Origin: Octopus sinensis
Lineage: Eukaryota
Length of the DNA stretch: 64,000 nt
NCBI RefSeq assembly: GCF_006345805.1
Contig: NC_043009.1
Span: forward strand, 17,422,001-17,486,000
Direction of reading: 5' to 3'
Shown: piece by piece, positions 12,969 to 26,480 of the stretch
How the letters are laid out: the number at the start of each line of letters is the position of its first letter
Numbering within the stretch: position 1 is the stretch's first letter
Notes under the pieces: generated by a model
The model's database searches: none
What the model was told of the DNA's origin: nothing
The model's input: only the letters and a program-made list of their open reading frames with translations
Program-made: the position numbers and the translations under genes

Positions 12969-13018
12969 ACACACACGTTCTCTCTCTCTCACACACACAC
13001 ACACGCTCTCTCTCTCTC
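12881..13018. repeat. (CT)n/(CA)n compound microsatellite
   Basis: Seen directly in the sequence. Confidence 0.95.
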
Positions 13019-13272
13019 CGCAACAATAACCATAAAATAAAATAATCTAAACATAATCAATTTAAAAAGGAAGTATGCTAAATTAGTTAAACATGTCATA
13101 ATTGGTCGTAGTTGTAAAAGTAACCAAAGCAGTAATGTTTTACTCATCACTTTCAAGAAATAAAACAAAAAAAAATTTAATTTTCTAAATAAGTAAAACA
13201 ATATCATTGTAGTATCATTGACCATTATTAAAATCATGCTTATCGGTGATTGCAATGATGATGATGATGATA

Positions 13273-13304
<32 letters not shown>

Positions 13305-13395
13305 AATCCTTACATTCATTGCTCTCTTTGATTTCATTAACACCTTCATCACAGTAATCAATGTCTTCATCAATATCAATATTGTCATCATTCAT

Positions 13396-13431
<36 letters not shown>

Positions 13432-16400
13432 ATTGTAATCAGAAATTTTTACACGCGGCCATAAATATATCAGTCAACAAAAAACTCTCAAAAGCCAATT
13501 TAATGCTATTTAAGTGCTTAAAATGTTTTGAAAGTGTTTTTTATTATTTATCATCATTAATGTTATTATTGGTGTCTCATTAAGGTTGTGTCAACTTCAT
13601 AAATGGGACTTGAATGTAGGTGACTTACTTTAGATACTTACTTGTAAACTAATTTGGTTATTAACTAAGTTTACATGTACTTGGAAAGCTTACAATTCTT
13701 CTTCTTCTTCTTTCCTTCAGACTTACAGATGTATTTTGGGATTATTCTGAATCTTGTTGCTGTTTCTTCAGCTGGATCAATGTGCTTTAACATGAAACCA
13801 TTTTCCCAGTACATTACTGATATTTAGTTCGTCTAATCCTGGACAGATATTTTAGGTCAGTATTAGTTAAGATTTGGGCTTGAAAAAATGTAAACCATAA
13901 ATAGGTTATTGTTACATATTGAAATTGTTATTAACCATAAAGCTCAACCCTAAAGTTCATTGAAGAGGCTATCTCAGACTATATGAAGTGGTTGGTCAAA
14001 TTGTGACATCATGGGAGAAGACAATGACTGACTACAAATGATGGTGAAAGGCTATAAAGAAAGGGATAAGTGCTGCAGAATCAAATAGGATTAATGGTTA
14101 AATAAGAAGAAGAAAAGAGAGAACAAGCTAGAGCAAGATTTTCTGCTCCAGGACAACCAACAGTATTTTGCAATATCAGGGTCGATCAGGGTTGAGCTGT
14201 CATCATGTGGTTCCATGTAAAGTGATACATCATTGACAAAGTTTTTGTTCATTACATTTGGGACAAAAAATCCTTTTCTGCTACAAAGAGTCAATTGCAA
14301 ATGACAGCTAAGAAGATTAACCATAAAGTCTCCATTCCTAAAGTTATCAAAACCTGAGAATCATTTTCTATGAAAGACATTTGTATAAAATAAATGACAC
14401 TGACAATGTCATGAGTCTGAAAAGGCAAAATGAAATATTTAAAAACCATTTTGATGATTTATTTTGATAAATCATTAGTGTCTCTGCAGTGTGCCATCAA
14501 AACTGTAACGATGGTAACAATGGCAGTGCCTATGACAATAATCCCGCCAACTATGATTATATCTAACAAAACTACAACATGAATAAGTTACTACAAGTAA
14601 TAATAAAAAAAAAAGAATGCCAAGCACTTTAGGTATCTGTAACACAGTTTCCTGCTGTTAAGCTATTGAAACAACCTACTAAATGTAGATGACAATTTTG
14701 TCAAACAAGAGAAGTAAGTTAGCTTGATGTACAAGTTATATCTAATTTGTACATCATCATTGAGTGTTTGATTTGCTACCCCCAAGCACAAATTTACGCA
14801 GCTTCAACAGATTGAAGTCATTCAACTACAAAACAGTAAAACACACACATGACTATCATTAATAATGCTACAAACTTTATTCTAACTTTTAAAATTGGTG
14901 AACAAATACTTGCTACAGAAACAATAAAACAGCTAAACATTTGTTTAGATAGAGAAACATCTAACGTAGTAAAGCTATATTGCATGCTATCATCTCATTT
15001 AACAAGAGTTTTAAATCTAAGATCTAAACATCACCTAGTATATTGAACATTATTTGGATTACTAAAGCATTTTATTTCATACATTCTTTGAAGACGGCAG
15101 TCTCAAGGGATAGAAAGTATTATCCTGTAGAAGGAGTTCAATCTGAATCTAAATAATTACACACATACAGATACACATGCACACACACACACACACATGA
15201 ACAAGCATACACATATATTGATGTATACATATACATTAGATAGATAGATAGATATATAGATAGATATGACTATATATACATATGTATATGTGTATATATA
15301 TTCAAATATATGCATATATGTATGTACATGTTTTCGTGTGTGTGTGTATACACACACACATACATACACGTATAAGCAGACAGACAAATAGATAGACATG
15401 CAGACAGATAAAACTCACACAAATAAAAGAAGTAAAATTATGAGAAGACAATATATGGAGCCAGGCAAATGAAGTAGATGACTGAGAAAGCATAGAAATA
15501 TCGTGAAAAAAGAAAGAATTGAAGAAATGTACAATGAAAATAAATTTGCCAGTGGAAGATGTGAAAGTGAATCTAATGTTTTGGGTGGTGCTGATTATCA
15601 AAGAGAAAGAAAAGGAAAGGGCACAAAATACAAGGCACTGAATTTACAATGTCTTTTTACATGGCATGTCTAGTGTACAATGAAAGCTGGGGAGTGAAAT
15701 AAAAGGACTGAAATGCAGTCACAGTGAGAGTAAGTGTACAGAGAGAGCGAGAAAAAGAGAAAGAGAATAAGTGGGAAAAGAGAAGGAGAGAAAGTTGGAA
15801 AGAGAGAGGGGAAGAGAAGTGTTGGGGATAACTAGCGAGGGCCGGGAAGTGAGATGGGGAGTGATAACTCATAATACAAGCATGTGTTTGTGTGTGTGTG
15901 TGTGTGTACAGTGAAGAGTAGTTAAATGTGAGATGCTTTTATTTATGTTCATGTTAATAGCATGTGGCAAGGAATATAAAGTTTGTCTATTGAGCTGTAT
16001 AGCAGTTATTTTTGCAATGTCCAGCTAAGAATAGGAATGTTTATACATAGAATACAAACGTGCATGCACACATGCACATGTAAACAACACATGTGCACAC
16101 TGAGAAACACACAAAACACATTCACAAACTTTAGGGGTTACCTTTGTACATATGTATGATGTCATAAGTTATGTGATAGTATGGATGTATGGTGCAGAAA
16201 ATGGGGGTTACCTATACCCAATACGTATGATGTATTTTGATGTGGGGATCTACGTGTGCAGGCATGATGGCTCATAAGTGCAGGTGTGTTTGTGTGGTAA
16301 GAGGTTTGCCCCCTATTGACATAGTTTGGGTTCAGTCACGCTGCATGGCATCTGGGGCAAGAACACAAGTATCTTTTACTACAGCCTTGGGCCAACTAAA

Positions 16401-16546
16401 GCTTTGTAAATGGATTTGGTAAACAGAAACCGAAAGAGGCCCAAATATGTGTGTGTCTATGTGCTTGTCCCCCACCACCACTTGACAACCAGTGTTGGTT
16501 TATTTACAACCTCATAACATAGTAGTTTCGCAAAGATACCAATAGA

Positions 16547-16919
16547 ATAACTACCAGACTTTTAAAAACGAATTAAATTTTGGGGGTGATTTGTATAACT
16601 AAATCATTCAAGGTGGTGCCCCAGCATGGCCGTAGTCCAATAACTAAAACAAGTAAAAAGCAAAGGTAGATTTTAGTAAAAAAAAAAAAAGACAGACTTT
16701 TACAAGAAAAAGTTTGACAGTGACAGGTAAACCAAAAGTTTGAAGTCACTGTCAAACTTTTTCTTGTAAAAGTCTGTCTTTTTTTTTTACTAAAATCTAC
16801 CTTTGCTTTTTACTTGTTTTAGTTATTGGACTACGGCCATGCTGGGGCACCACCTTGAATGATTTAGTTATACAAATCACCCCCAATATTTAATTCTTTT
16901 TTAAAAGTCTGGTAGTTAT
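16547..16919. repeat. Near-perfect ~177-bp inverted duplication with a 20-bp spacer
   Basis: 16547-16724 is the reverse complement of 16745-16919, with about 2 substitutions and a difference in poly-A length. Confidence 0.95.
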
Positions 16920-17159
16920 ATATATATATACAACTTATAAATAGGGGCAAACGAAAAAAATTTTTTTGTTTTTTTTGTTTGCCCTTATTTATAAGTTGTT
17001 TATGAATTTAACCATTAAAGGTATTTTTTAATATGCTGGCCATTGATAAAATTTTTTTTCGAAAAAATTTTATCCTACATTAAATATATATATAACAGCG
17101 GTGCATCAGCATGGCCACAGCTCTGAGCTGAAACAAAAAAAAAAATATATATATATATA

Positions 17160-17326
17160 CTGTTGTGTCTGGGGAGAGTCATTTTTGTGCCTTACACGCA
17201 CCGGTAAAATTTCCCCATTTTTCTTATTTTTATTTTCCTAAAATTTTCATTGCGTCTTGCAACCTTTTCAATAGTCTTGACTCTTATAAGGCGCAAAAAG
17301 AAAATGACTCTCCCCAGACACAACAG
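17160..17326. mobile_element. MITE with ~35-40-bp TIRs beside a TA tract
   Basis: ctgttgtgtctggggagagtcattt...gcctta / taaggc...aaatgactctccccagacacaacag. Confidence 0.8.
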
Positions 17327-18452
17327 AATATGCTTCAACACAAGAAATCATATAAAGAATCTTGCAAACCAAATCCAAAAATGAAATATATATATATATA
17401 TAACACATATGTGTATATTTATAAACATGACAATAAAATTATTGTGGGCTAAATAAATAAGGATGTAAACACATTCGTTCTAAGCTACTGACTCAAGGGA
17501 AAAGAAGAGAGAGGAAGTCTTCCCACAAGTTGTTTTATGGTTTGTTGACCATTCCTTATGGAGACATTCCTGACATCCTTCTCCAATAAATAGCATAAGT
17601 CAGCCACTATATAAAGCACATGAATATACAAAGTCATTAATTAGGCAAGTAACATGGTGGATAGCCTAATCTGCATAATTGTGCTTTGGTTAACTCATCA
17701 TTAATTTGAACATCACAAAGTGAACTTATTCACAAGTGCTTTATAAAGGAGCTGATCCATACCATTGATTGTCTTCTCTGAGGAACCGGTCAACAAATCA
17801 TGATACAGTCTATAAGGAAACTCCCTCCATTTTTTTTTTTTGCATACCAATTGCCAAGAAAGATTGTGCTTAATTGAACAGTATCTATTTTATGCACACC
17901 TAGTGTAAGTTCAAAGGTGAATTCAAACATTATGAAACCTCACTGTAGATTGAATAAGAATACAAACATATTCTTTTTGTGCTGTTGAGGAGAGGAAAAA
18001 TAAGGAGGGCATCTCCTGACGGATCATTCCATGGTTTGTTATTTGCTCCTCAGATAAGATATATCTGATTTCTTTTCCAATCGTTAGTATAGGTTAGTTG
18101 CTATATAAGGCAGACATGAATTAAGCCAGCTTTATAATGTTTAAATTTAAAGGCACAAATATGCAAATTCAATTATGCCCCATAGTGCTAGTTTACACAG
18201 TACCAGCACTAAAGAGGGTTCCATATCTACCATTTGACCCTATGATTCGTCTAGTTATTCACCAACTACTTTATGATGTCTGTTGGGTACACATCATGTC
18301 ACCAGCACACGAGGTGTTTTCATGTCCTTGAGAAGACAGGGCTAAAAGGTGCTTTTGAATTTACAGTGTCCACTTATCTGCCATCGACTTAACAGAGTGA
18401 ACTTGGTGCATTTTATCATGCTATAAATGTTTTTATCAGTACAAGTACATAT

Positions 18453-18494
<42 letters not shown>

Positions 18495-19189
18495 CTCAAT
18501 CTATTTATCTATTTATCTATCTATCTGTCTGTGTGTGTGTGTTTGCATGTGTGCATGTACAGTTGTGTGTCTATAGATGGATATATAGCTGTTTGACTTA
18601 GCTCCATAAGACTTGAAGTTTTATGCAGATAAGTTGACTCCATCTCATCAGATATGAGAAAAGTCAGAAATATGAGACAAGTTCAAGATGGCTTTGAGAT
18701 ACTAGACCTTTATTCATCAGCTCAGGTCATCTAGTGTTAAAGCTGTGAAAACAGCAACAGCTATTTTCTTTGTTTTTAGGCCTACTTGCAAGGATAGGAC
18801 ATTGGCAGGATGCTGGCTCCACTATGGCAGCAGATTGCAGTATAATGCATAAAGTGACATCAGTTCCTTGTATTGGATGTCACGCATAGTAGGATGGGAT
18901 GCTGGCATGGATCAGTAGCTCAGTTATCATTCAGTAGGGTGCTACCAAATTATGAGCAACAGTCTTTAAATGGGAGTAAGCAGATTTGCTAGTAGTGTTC
19001 AGTTAAAATTGAGGCTGGATGACCAATGTGGGTAGGGCCAAAGTTTATTCAGGCAGCAGGGATTAAATTTCATGCCCTTGCGAGTGGGACAGCCAGTCCT
19101 AGGGTGGTATATCTAGATTGTCAGCCGTCAGTAGCTTGAAGTTCATTAACAGGGTCCAATTTTCCTGTTTTCTGATGAAAATGTAGTCA

Positions 19190-19320
19190 CTCTGGCTTGT
19201 GTTCCCACCAGATTTGATAAGTGAACAGTTAACTGACTGGTTTCCTGAAGTTAGTATTGCAAATCATAAAGTCGTTTGCATCACAGAATTCCAGTAGCTT
19301 TGTTCCCTCCAATGCCATTG
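19190..19320 (-). mobile_element. RTE LINE AP-endonuclease fragment
   Basis: The minus strand reads EGTKLLEFCDANDFMICNTNFRKP...TY. Confidence 0.65.
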
Positions 19321-21049
19321 ACTGTTCACCAATACTGAAAAGAGGAGACATATGGATTTAATCCAATTTAATCCAAACACATTGTGTGTGTGTGTATGTG
19401 TGTATGTATGAATGTATGTATGTATGTATGTATGTATGTATGTATGTATGTATGTATATCAACATGCTTCCACATTATTAGATCCTTTAATTAGCTGCAG
19501 GATATTTACTCCATTGTGGTACATATTGATTGTTTCCACTTATCCACTTATCCACTTTTCCACTTTTTTCTATTTGATAAGTTTCAGGATGATTATTATT
19601 CTTTGTTTATCAACTCTCATTTCTGCTCAGCTCTATACTCACCCTTACCTCTAGCTTTCAGGCATTACCATTCATCATTTACCACACAGCATGTATCATT
19701 TAATCATTTATCATTTATTGCTTAGATTTCCATGGCTTACCTCTTCCACCCACCTCTTCCACCTTTTTATGTTATTCACTGTTTAGTTTATTTCTTATTT
19801 CATATATTTCACAATACCCTTCCACAGTCCACACTTTAATTGTTTGTTTTTTTCACTTATATTTATATTATTATTCTTTATTTTCATTCTAAATTATTTA
19901 TCCTATATTTCAGGTCTCATTATTATATACTTTATACATGTTTACATTATTATATATTTTGTCATTTTATATCATTATTATTATTATTCTATATATCTGA
20001 TCTATATATTACTCACCTTATTTGGAATATATTATTCTTTATAGTATTTTTCATTGCTTTATTTATCAGATCATATATTTTAAATATTATATGTTCATTT
20101 GTATTTATATTTCCGTTTTATATTACTATTTCATATATCCATTTTATGTGTCATAGTTTTTTTAACTCTTTTATAGTTCCAAATATTTTCAAACACACCT
20201 TAAATAGCATTCACTCATCCTGTGATACATGTATACACACTACAAGATGTCTCCCACCCCTCCCCAAACTTTTCCTAGCCTATTTACTGTCTAGTATAAA
20301 TTAAATTAATTACAGACCTATTTTATCAGCAACCCACCCATACCCACATCATCAACCTTGTATCTTTGATCTTTTACTAATTTCACTCATCAGACCATGG
20401 CCATGCTGAGGCACTGCTTCAAAGAATTTTAATCAAACGAATCGACCCCAATCTCTACTTTTATTTTAAGCTTGGTACTTATTCTATTGGTCTCTTTTTG
20501 CCACACTGCTAAGTTACAGGGATGTAAACACACCAACATCGGTTGTCAAGTGGTGGTGGAGGACAAACACAAACACAAAGACACACACACACACACATAG
20601 ATATATAAACATATGTATATGTATGTATGTATATATATATATACTTTATCTAAAAGCAGCAGAAATATACTGTTACTCAGAAATAATGTTATGATCAAAA
20701 CTAGTTAAAGGATATACCTTTAAAAATGGATTTGTTTCAAATAATGGTCTTAAGCATGCGATAAACAAAATAAACAAAACAAATGAATTCAATATAAAAT
20801 CATCCTATTATAAAAAATCGAGGAAAAACCTTAAATCGAAGAGCGGATTCAAAATACATATTGTCATTAATTATATATGAAATATAATTTGATTAATACA
20901 ATTAATATATTAAAAATTAAAATATTTCACAACAGAATATATGCATACTAAACCAGCAATATACATATAATACATCAAAATACACAGTTGGATATACACA
21001 GACCACATACATATGCAGATATATATATGTAAGATGTAAATATATTATT

Positions 21050-21123
21050 CTATATTACTCTACCTCTGGTATTTGAGTACTCTTTTTTTCTACCTTGTTT
21101 CACATTTATGTGCTTACTCCAGT
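21050..21123 (+). repeat. Repeat tail abutting (TA)n, shared in inverse orientation with 53098-53190
   Basis: tattactctacctctggtatttgagtactc...gtgcttactccag matches the reverse complement at 53098-53170. Probably a PLE terminal tail (inference). Confidence 0.6.
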
Positions 21124-21138
21124 ATATATATATATATA

Positions 21139-21696
21139 GCATATCTGATGTCCTCACTGTTTGAGAGACAATAAGAATGATCACGTTTGAGATTACAGCC
21201 ATCTTTGGCTGGTTTGTCCCTGTTGTATCCACTGATCTGATTGGTTGGCATGTGGCGTGGTTTGTCTCTCTACTTATTTCGCGCCACTGTGTAAAGCTAG
21301 CCAATCACAGCCTTTGGATAAGGCCTGCTTCTTTGAGCCATTTTTTCCCTATAAAAAGGCCAACTTTCACTATTCTTCGCCTGTTGCTTGAACTGGAACA
21401 TGGCTGAGCAGCTCTGTGGTCAGTGACTAAACTTTAAAAGGTCTAGAGTCAAAAGACGATGAATAGTGAAAGTTGGCCTTTTTATAGGGAAAAAATGGCT
21501 CAAAGAAGCAGGCCTTATCCGAAGGCTGTGATTGGCTAGCTTTACACAGTGGCGTGAAATAAGTAGAGAGACAAACCGCGCCACATGCCAACCAATCAGA
21601 TCAGTGGACACAACAGGGACAAACCAGCCAAAGATGGCTGTAATCTCAAACGAGATCATTCTTATTTTGTCTCCCAAACAGTGAGGATATTAGATA

Positions 21697-21699
<3 letters not shown>
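21139..21699. mobile_element. Foldback/MITE with ~245-bp TIRs inserted in (TA)n; partial third arm at 22533-22730
   Basis: 21139-21382 is the reverse complement of 21454-21699, with (TA)n on both sides. Confidence 0.92.
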
Positions 21700-21743
<44 letters not shown>

Positions 21744-21796
21744 CATATAAATGTATGTGTGTTTATTCAGTGTTTACAAATAACACGGAAAAAAAT

Positions 21797-22523
21797 AATA
21801 AATGGAGTTAAACGCAGGTGTTATTTAAATACAATATCTAATCATTACTCTACATTTAGACATATCAATAAATGTAAAAATACTGGGCTTAGTAAATTAA
21901 TCTGGATCGTAACAAACAATTTGATTTGGAATGGAATATTCTCTCTGTATCTTTTCCATATGATAAAGGTAAATCTTTTTGTCCACTTTGTAACACTGAG
22001 ATGTAACACTGTTCTCAGAGAATTTCCTTGTAAACATATTTATAGAAAGTGTTTATCATTGCAAACATTGGCAGAAACATACCTTTAGTTTCTATAAGTG
22101 ATTTCTACCATTCTATAAAATTTGACCGTTGATTGTCTTCTTACATTTCACTTCCATTAAATATATCTCCTTCCATGCCTTTAAGCTTTATTCTAAATCA
22201 CCTATCGCTCTATATCTCTCCACTATTTGTTTTCTGCCAATTTCTTTCTTTCTCCTCCTTCCTTTTCTATAAACTACCTTGACGTTGTATCTACTAACAG
22301 TTTTTTTTTAAAAAAAGCTTGTTAGTGTTCTCTTCATCATATATGCAGTCATCACATTCTGTTAAAATGTCTCATTGATGTGTTTGATTTCTTTCTTTCC
22401 CTGATGTGAAGATTGCATTGTTTTACACCATTTTATTCCTTCTAGAATAATACCAATGATTTCTTCGAAACATATGTCAGAAGTAAAAAGAATTAAATAA
22501 CACCTGCATTTAACTCCATTTAT
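21797..22523 (+). mobile_element. 5'-truncated Penelope-like element (GIY-YIG C-terminus, hammerhead relic, inverted terminal tail)
   Basis: Broken frames read NHYSTFRH...TGLSKLIW...WNILSVSFPYDKGKSFCPLCNTE...CKHWQKHTF. The ends are ~31-bp inverted repeats aaatggagttaaacgcaggtgttatttaa / ttaaataacacctgcatttaactccattt. Confidence 0.75.
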
Positions 22524-22789
22524 ATATATATATATATATCTGATATCCTCACTGTTTGAGAGACAAAATAAGAATGATCTCTTTTGAGATTACAGCCATC
22601 TTTGGCTGGTTTGTCCCTGTTCTGTCCACTGATCTGATTGGTTGGCATGTGGCGTGGTTTGTCTCTCTACTTATTTCGCGCCACTGTGTAAAGCTAGCCA
22701 ATCACGGCCTTCAGATAAGGCCTGCTTCTTTTATATATATATATATATATGATGGGTTTCTTTCAATTTCTGCCTACCAAATCCACCCA

Positions 22790-23890
22790 GGCTATCCAGG
22801 AAGGGGCCATACCCAATGATTGGTGTAGCAACTTTATAGTCAACTGCTACAAAGGTAAAAGGGATGACTTAGAAGTAATTACAGAAGTACCATATTAGGG
22901 GATCAAGTCATGAAATTTACTGAGAAGCTCATAGCTCAGCTAATTAGGAAGAGGAGTAACCTGGATGAGATGTAGTTTAGTTTTGTACCAGGGAAAAGCA
23001 CTGCTGATTCTATCTTCCTAGTAAGGCAAACTACAAGAGAAGCATTTAGTGAAAAACAAACCTCTGTACTTAGCATTTGTTGACATAGAGATAGCTTTTG
23101 ACAGGGTCCCTCATTCTCTCATCTGGTGGTTAATGCAGAAGCTAGGGATAGATGAGCAGTTGGTGAGAGCCATACAAACCATGTACAAGAATGTTGTCAG
23201 TAAGGTGAAAGTCAGCAATGAGTATAACAATGAATTGAGTGAGCAGGTAGGAGTTACCCTTGAAAGCTCCTCTATGCTTGACAACCTTGTTCTTATAGCA
23301 GAATATCTACTAGAATTAGAAAAGAGATTTCAGGTATTGAGGCAAGAACTAAAATCAAAGGTTTAATTTAGCAATTTAGCAAAGATCAAAGTGCTAGTAA
23401 GTAGGAAGGCAAACAAATAACTAATCCCTTCAGGGAGATGACCCTGCTCAATATGTAGAAAAGGTGTTGGTATAAATTCCATACAGTGCATTCAGTGCAA
23501 ACTATGGACACATGAGGAGCTGTGCAATCGCTGAAAGGTTAACAGAAAAAGTAGCCTTTAAATGTGACCAATGCACAAGCACAATAAATACTAAGAATAT
23601 ACAAGAAATAGATTTCCTTAAATGTCCAGGAGATCCTTAGAGATAGTAGATAGTTTCTGTTACCTAGATGACCAAATTAACTGCAGTGGAAGTGACTCCA
23701 AAAGAGTAATTACTAGAAATAAGAACAGGCTGGGCAAAGGATCTCTCCCTCAGAGTGAAAGGCAGACTGTATGATGCCTGTGTACAGACTGCTATGCTAC
23801 ATACTGAAGCATTGGCTGTGACTGCAAATGACAAGCAAAGTCTTGTAAGGACTGATGCCAGCATGCTCCACTGAATGTGCAATCTTCAGG
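22790..23890 (+). mobile_element. Degenerate RTE-clade LINE reverse transcriptase fragment
   Basis: LYLAFVDIEIAFDRVPHSLIWWLMQKLGIDEQLVRAIQTMY... followed by KGRLYDACVQTAMLHT, with many stops and frameshifts. Confidence 0.9.
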
Positions 23891-24559
23891 TGTTGAACCT
23901 CGTTGATGAATTAATAAAGGACTGAGGCATTTGGTAATTTGCTGTGCTTAAGATGACGTGCCCAGCTAAGTAAACTCAGACCATACAGGCTGGTTCTTTA
24001 TGTTCCTCCCCCTACCACACACAAAGTTTGTCCCTCCCCATCCAAATCCCCACAACAACCCATCTTTCCAACACCACTTTCCCCACCATGAAAACTACCT
24101 GATATACACCCACTCCACTCTGCCTCACATGCCTACCTGCATACAATCACCCTCAGTGCCCTTACATATCAACTCATAATACAACCCCCTTGAGTCACTG
24201 GTATCACTTGCTACAGTCACTTCTGTCCCATCTCTAAACATCTCTCATCACACTCTTATAAAGCATTTCCCCTCTATCCCGTCTTGCCAGTTCACCATGT
24301 CTAATCCACTGTATAACATATACAACATATATTCACTTATATTCATCCTCACTGTAGGTGTCCCAACACATGTCCACCGTATTCTATCTCTCTCTCTCTC
24401 TCATTCTGCCTTTCTTCCTCTCTGTTTTTATCTCTCCTTTCCAACCAGGGCAGCCATACACCTCCTCTATAGAGAGACACCTATCTCTATCACTTTAACC
24501 TCTCAAAAGGTACAAAGCTACCTCCCTCAATACTACTGCCCCTCACAGTCAGGAGTCTT

Positions 24560-24870
24560 TGACTTGCAAGTGACTTGGTGATCCTGCTGGTGCTGGTGCC
24601 ATGTAAAAAAAGAACCCAGTACACTCTGTAAAATGGTAGTCATTAGGAAGGGCATCTGCCAGCGAGGATAATGGATGTTACATGATGATGATGATGATGA
24701 TGATGATGATATATAAAAGCACCCTGTACACTCTGTAAAGTGGTTGGTATTAGGAAGAGTGTCCAGCTGTAGAAATCATGCCAAAACAGACACGGAGCCT
24801 GAACAACCCTTCAGCTGGTCAGCACCTATTAAACTATCCACCCCATGCCAGCATGGAAAATGGATGTTAA

Positions 24871-24900
<30 letters not shown>
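24560..24900 (+). mobile_element. Two tandem Meta-motif SINE 3' ends with (GAT)n tails
   Basis: taggaagggcatc / taggaagagtgtccagctgtagaaa ... ggatgttaaatgatgatgat. Confidence 0.65.
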
Positions 24901-24903
<3 letters not shown>

Positions 24904-24945
24904 ATATACATACATATATATATATATACAGAAAGAGAGAGAGAG

Positions 24946-25280
24946 ACCCCCTTCGGTGAGACACTGACCATGGGTTTTGCACCTAGAGAGTTACCCTCTG
25001 AGGTACAAGTCTGGGCAAGGTTGTTTTATGGAAGACCAGCAGTCGCCCATGCATACCGGCCTCCCCTCTCCACGTCACCGATGTTGTCCAAGGGAAAGGC
25101 AAGGGCCGATACAGCTTGGCATCTATGACGTCGCAACTCATTTCTACAGCTGAGTGAACTGGAGCAACGTGAAATAAAGTGTCTTGCTCAAGAACACAAC
25201 ACGCAGCCCGGTCAGGGATTCGAGCTCACAACCTCACGATCGTAAGCTCGACGCTCTAACCACTGAGCCATGCGCCTTCA

Positions 25281-25281
<1 letters not shown>
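24946..25281 (-). mobile_element. Young tRNA-derived SINE family D
   Basis: Minus-strand head ggcgcatggctcagtggttagagcgtcgagcttacgatcgtgaggttgtgagctcgaatccc. CpGs are retained and the copy sits between microsatellites. Confidence 0.85.
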
Positions 25282-25368
<87 letters not shown>

Positions 25369-26099
25369 ATAGCACACAGGGCAAAATGCTCAGTGGCATT
25401 TCATCTGTCTTTATGTTCTGAGTTCAAATGCTGCCAAAGTTGACTTTGCCATCCATCCTTTCAGGGTCAATGAAATAAGTTCCAGTTGAGTACTGGGGGG
25501 TGATGTAATTGACTTGCCCCTACCCAAACATTTAAGGCCTTGTGTCAATAGTAGAGAGGATATATATATATATATCATCATCATGATTTAAGGCCATTTT
25601 TTGCACACTGGCATCAATCAGATTGAATTTGTTGAAGTAGATTTTCCACTGCCTTTCCTTTTGCCAGCCCTCACCTGTTTACAAGCAAGGTAATATTTGT
25701 CATGGCCAAACATCTATCACAAAAGACTGGAAACAAATGACATGCTCATTTACAACTTCTTGTGGTATCTTGACAAGGGTATACACAAACACACAAACAC
25801 AATGTGTTTCTTTCAGTGACCAACTACCAAATTCACTCAAGGCTTTGGTTAGTCTATGGAAAAGAGTGTGGAACAATAACTATTGGAAGGGACCATGATC
25901 AATGTGTGCAGAGCCATTGGTCTGACCACTCTCTTGTAATGGCTCAAAGTCGTGGGTTACTTATCAGCACCCCCTGCAACTCCTTGAGGGATTCTATCAG
26001 TGCTGCCTTTGTATCATTCTTGGATTTCACTGGAGTGACATTGTTGATAGCTTTAAGGTACTAGCAGCCCAAAGGCTGTGACTCTGCTGGAGCACTGCC

Positions 26100-26480
26100 T
26101 GTGTTATCACTTCTTTAATGGCCATTCTTATGTTTGACATTGCTGCTTTCTTTTGGGTTTCTTGCAGTTCATCTGAGAATTTGGACAGCAGGAGGTCAAG
26201 TTGTTTCTTGAAAACATCTACCTCCTACTCCATGCAAATTCCTCCGATGTTTTGGCAAGTTATTAAGTAGCTGTGAATCCTTGAATTCCAGTCTATTGCT
26301 GAACATGGGCCTCACTCTAGACAGGATAGCTGGGACCTTTCTAGTTGGTAGCTGGTATATCTCTCAATGCCAAAGTTCGATGCTAACCCCTCCAGGATTT
26401 TCCATACATATATCACTGCATATTCTTCTATCTTTACTCCAGTAGTTCAATAATTGTAGCTCAATAGTTTAAACCCACCA
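26100..26480 (-). mobile_element. CR1/L2-type LINE 3' fragment (related piece on + at ~55130-55290)
   Basis: The minus strand reads approximately NNLPKHRRNLHGV...VDVFKKQLDLLLSKFSDE, a typical ORF2 end. Confidence 0.55.

Noticed and set aside
19840-20304. 154-aa hydrophobic ORF
   Set aside because: It arises from T-rich low-complexity sequence, with no domain or splice support.
20378-20398. Minus-strand CTGATGA-GT-GAAA hammerhead-like string
   Set aside because: There is no room for stem II and no stem I/III pairing; it lies in a SINE tail.
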